From Iphione sp. A-MEVVRFRX5 (Eukaryota): 64,000 bases of DNA. The notes beneath the pieces were generated by a model. The model searched no databases. It saw nothing but the letters and a program-made list of their open reading frames with translations, and was not told the origin of the DNA. The stretch is taken from contig OZ320318.1 of NCBI GenBank assembly GCA_976226885.1, positions 66,340,001-66,404,000 of the forward strand, in the 5' to 3' direction. Each line of letters starts with the position of its first letter. Position 1 is the first letter of the stretch. A program made the position numbers and the translations under genes. Shown here one piece after another: positions 59,926 to 64,000 of the stretch.

Positions 59926-62357
59926 CAAGATACAAGATACAAGATACAAGATACAAGATACGTTTATTCACGTCTTAAGCGAGGTACATCGCAAGATCTC
60001 CCATTGAACATGTCGTGGAAACAGTGAGTAGAAAAGATATATTACAGAAGTTATTCAGCTAGTGCTAGGTACACAGTGGGTTTTTCAGCCATTGATACAG
60101 ACTATTATGTGTTCTTTATTTTGGTCGTATCCTTATATGAGGGCTGGTACTATGTTTTATTACTAGCGGATTAATATTGGTTCCTATTGAGTTCTCCTAT
60201 TTCATTCGCTGTATGGTCTAATTCTTTCAGGTCAACTCTTATTCTTGCAGATGTTGGTTCAGGTCTGTAGCTGTCCTAGTGCACGTTTGAAACTTCTCAT
60301 ATCTGTTTGGATCTTGATTCTCATCGGCAGGGCATTCCACCTCTCGATACCTGCATATAGGAAGGAAGACTTATAGAATGAGGTTCTAGGTTTCTTTTGG
60401 TGTAGATGGAGACTGACACTTCGCCTAGTAACTTTTCTGTTTCCCTTCTCTTGATTTAGTATTCCCAGAAGATAGAGCCTATGAATCAAGCATAGCTGTG
60501 ATTTTCGACCTCTTATTTCTAATGACTCTACACCCATCCTCTTTCTTAGGGCCAGGTTAGACTGATAATTAAATTTTCCACCAATAGCTAGGTTTCTCAT
60601 TACCCGGTTACAGATAATTTGTAGTTCATCTATATATCCCTTTTTGTGGCTGACTATGAATGGTAATCCATAGTCGAAAAGTGATAGCATGAAGCTCTTG
60701 AACAATAAGGCTTTGTCATTGAAACTTAAGAGACAAGCCATTTTGCTTATGTAGTAACTTCTACACCTGACTGTCTTCCGAAGGTTTCGAAGCATTGTTT
60801 TCCAGGTCAGTCTGTCGTCCAGGTCATAACCAAGGAATTTGCAAGTCGTTTTCTTCCCTATTTTCTGATCTCCTAGAGAGAGATCTAGTTCTAGGGCCCT
60901 ACTCTTTCCAAAAGACATGTAGAATGTCTTCTCCCGGCTGATTTTTAGCCCATTAGCCTCTGTCCAACTTAAGACGTCTTTGATGCCCCGCTGTAGCTTT
61001 AGTCGTAGCGCCATTATATTCGATGCCACAGCATAGATGGTGACATCATCAGCATACATAATGCTGTGTGTTACTATCTGTGACTTTGGCAGATCATTTA
61101 TTAGTACACTAAATAGGAAGGGACCTAATATGCTCCCTTGTGGGACACCCACCGAGACTGGTCTTTGTGTTGAGGTGCTCGAATTGCACCTCACTAGTTG
61201 TTGTCGGTCCGTCAAATATGAGTCTATCAATGCTGTCGTTTTGTTACCAATTCCTGCATCAGACAGTTTTCTAATAATCAGACTATGATTGGCCACATCG
61301 AAAGCTTTTGTCATATCGACAAACACAGCTCCGATGTGGCGGTTGTCATCCATGGCTTCGTATACCTCTTTTAAAAGACTAGCTGTGGCTGTACCGGTGC
61401 TCCGAAGGCATCGAAAGCCATGCTGTTCAAGAGCAAAGAAGTTAGTTGATTCAAGATAAGCATTTAATTGATTGTATATTAGTCTCTCCAGGACTTTCCC
61501 TACTACTGGCAGGATCGCTATAGGCCGGAAGTTACTTTTTTCTGTTTTAATCCCTTTTTTGTGTATGGGGGTAATTTTGGCTACTTTCCATTCATTTAAG
61601 AAGTTCGATGTGGTGATAAGTTCGTTAAAGATATCCCTTAATGGATTCACTGCCAGTATTAGTGCATCCTTTAAGACTCTCATAGGGATTCCATCGATTC
61701 CACTGGGCTTACTGCATTTCAGGGAAAGAAGTACCTTCATTACCTCGTTAGCTCTTACCGTGGTCATCTCCCACCCCGCTGCTGGTTGTTGCGTTGGTTG
61801 TGTTTGGACATTCAACGTCGCTGCTATTTCGGTTGGCTGCTCCACAAAGAAATCATTCAGGACTTGTGGAACACATGCTTTACTTACCCAGTTGTCACCG
61901 TCTTTCAATTCAATATCTTGTGAGGTCTTATCCCTCTTCAAGACTAAGTTGTTCATGACTGACCAGTAGTCTTTGCTATTCTTACACGTCTGCAGCTTTT
62001 CTGAAATGAACTTCCTCTTTAATTTTCGTGCATGCCTTTTGACTTTTGACTTATAAAATTTGAAGATTCTGAAAGAGTCCTCACTACCTGTTCGTCTAAA
62101 GTCCCTTTGGAAGTAGTCCCGGTTTTTATGTATTCCTTCAATTCACCATCAACCCAGCCGTTCCCAGTTTTTATATTCTTTTCTTTGAAGGGACATAACC
62201 TTTCAGCTGCCTGTTTTATTGTAGATTGCAGTTCAGACCACTTCTCATTTGCACTAGTATTGTTTGACTCTTCTAGTCGAGTAATGGTGTCTGACAGATG
62301 CCCTTCAAGAATAGTGATGTCATAGTTGGTCCAGTCTCTAACTGTAACTGTTATCAT
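59926..62357 (-). mobile_element. 5'-truncated CR1/L2-group LINE with an intact RT reading frame
   Basis: ORF 60259-61956: KPSGIDGIP, WKVAKITPIHKKG, NFRPIAILP, QHGFR, FVDMTKAFD, GVPQGSILGP, YADD, KFLG, RWNALP. Frameshifted upstream piece 62019-62357. The 3' UTR ends AATAAACG plus (TATCTTG)5. The endonuclease domain is missing. Confidence 0.93.
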
Positions 62358-62400
62358 TCCCCATTGCTCTAGAATGTCATGTTCCTAACATGTAGATTAA

Positions 62401-62980
62401 TACAGTGGAGATCCTGACAACTGACACCCGGGCACAGCGGACGACCCCTACAACGGATGCCAGATGGATAGTCCCAAACAAAAACACTATAGATCATGTG
62501 TAATGTTGCCCGGACACAGCGGACACTCACTGACAGGGGACACTCATATCTGGACACCCATTTTACAGTCCCAAACACTGATTTTACCATGTCTACAGTG
62601 GACATACACCCTTATGGAGAAAGCCTGTCATCTACTCCTTTGATGGCTACCAATACCCCAAAGAGGTGTGACCTCATCTTAACACCCTGGAGGAGGCCTC
62701 TTGTCCACTCCTTTGATGGACTCTCACACCCGGGAGAGGCGCGAAAATGTACATGATACAGGTCTGTAGCCAGGAAGTTTTCTGGGGGTATTGGACGATC
62801 CCCCCAATACCCCACAGGTGGAACCAATTTATTTTTACCTCTATGAAATCCTTTTGGCATTAATGTTTTTTACGGGGGGGGCTACCAGAGAAGGGGTAGC
62901 TCGGACACAGCGGACACCCCCAGCAACGGACGGTTTTATGTCGGTCCCATCGATGTCCATTGTGGAGGGGTTCCACTGTA
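62401..62980. mobile_element. Tc1/mariner-pogo (Tigger-like) MITE
   Basis: TA-CAGTGGAGATCC ... GGGGTTCCACTG-TA. Internal repeated CGGACACAGCGGACAC. Confidence 0.8.
62759..62880. mobile_element. MITE, copy 4 (right end lost), nested in the Tigger-like MITE
   Basis: CAGGTCTGTAGCCAGGAAG, with an internal sequence matching copy 2 (CACAGGT.GAAC..TACCTCTAT..TTGGCATTAATGTTT). Confidence 0.75.
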
Positions 62981-64000
62981 ATCTTTTTACAATTTTCTAT
63001 GATGTATTATTACACTCTTCAAGGATGTATGGCACACAATAATAACACATACAGCATGAACCGAGAGTGTTATCACTGCCTGCTCAGCTCATGGCTGAGC
63101 CTCCTTTTCAGTATCACACAGAGCTCCAACTCAGTCAGTTCTCTACTTTTTGGCCTACTTCCAGCATTCTTTTCATGTTTGGTGACTCTACACACAGAGT
63201 AAGGAATATATCTGTTGTCTCACCATACATTGAGTCACCTCGCTGAAGTAAATCATTCAAATCTTTTGAATGACCCATTAATGATCATGTCAACGCCGAG
63301 ATTGTGGGTGTTTACCTCTCAAACGAACATTGACCTTTTGGGACACAACTGCATACGTATAAATAGTTACATGAAATGAGATGATGACAGAATTTCTGCC
63401 TTTACATTTGGATGCACAGTTTATGATTTATCTTTATACGCCCTGTTTGAGAAAGGGCGAAGAGCCTAATATACCTGAAGGTAGTTTTAGGCTTACATTA
63501 TGTTTATATCATGAGTCGCTAGGCCTACCTTGAGAAGTTTGTGCAAATATTTTGCCCATGCTGAAGATGGGCTATAAGTCGCCTACCGTAGAATTCCTAC
63601 CTTTCCGAGAACGCTCCACACCAGTTTAAGTGTGAGAAAGCCGGCAAAAAATGTGGACCCGACAGCAATTCGCTGTTCGGTCTGGCCGTCTCATAAAATT
63701 TGCCACTTCCTGTCCCAAAGAGGTTCGGCCACTTGAAACTGTCGGCTGTAACCATAGAAACACGCTACGTGAGCATTAATGTTTATCGGTTCGGTTACCG
63801 AAGCGCCCCTGGGCGGGAGAATAGGAATCCAGCTAGCCGATTTTGACTCGGAGACCGTCGCGGTCATTGCCCTAGGACATATGTAAAGTGTCTCGTGGTA
63901 TAAATGTCACCTAAAGTTTTTGTATCCTGTGGCTGTCCCTGTTTATTTTTTCCTTTAAGTACTCTGTATTGGGTAAATGGTTCAAAGTAAATGCGCTTGC

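Overview
Eukaryotic (animal, probably marine invertebrate) genomic DNA, not a prokaryotic window. It is dominated by a cluster of decayed Polinton/Maverick (adintovirus-like) elements. These comprise five fragments of one protein-primed DNA polymerase family (called family A here), three of a second family (family B), two packaging ATPases, two integrase N-termini and one major capsid protein. Interleaved are an intron-containing piggyBac, an env-carrying Gypsy-type LTR retroelement remnant, a CR1/L2-group LINE, several MITEs and a SINE, two mini-LRR membrane-protein pseudogenes, two intact paralogous orphan genes and four exons of a spliced WFDC1-like host gene. Almost everything lies on the minus strand. 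Best lead: the family A polymerase runs in frame into a NADAR (YbiA/DUF1768-like) domain in two diverged copies and partly in a third. This suggests a virus-encoded ADP-ribose-erasing module fused to its replicase. Second lead: family A polymerase sits directly upstream of family B polymerase three times, with an ATPase between them in two cases, which hints at a two-polymerase element. All homology calls come from reading motifs by eye; no database searches were run, and boundaries of decayed fragments are approximate.
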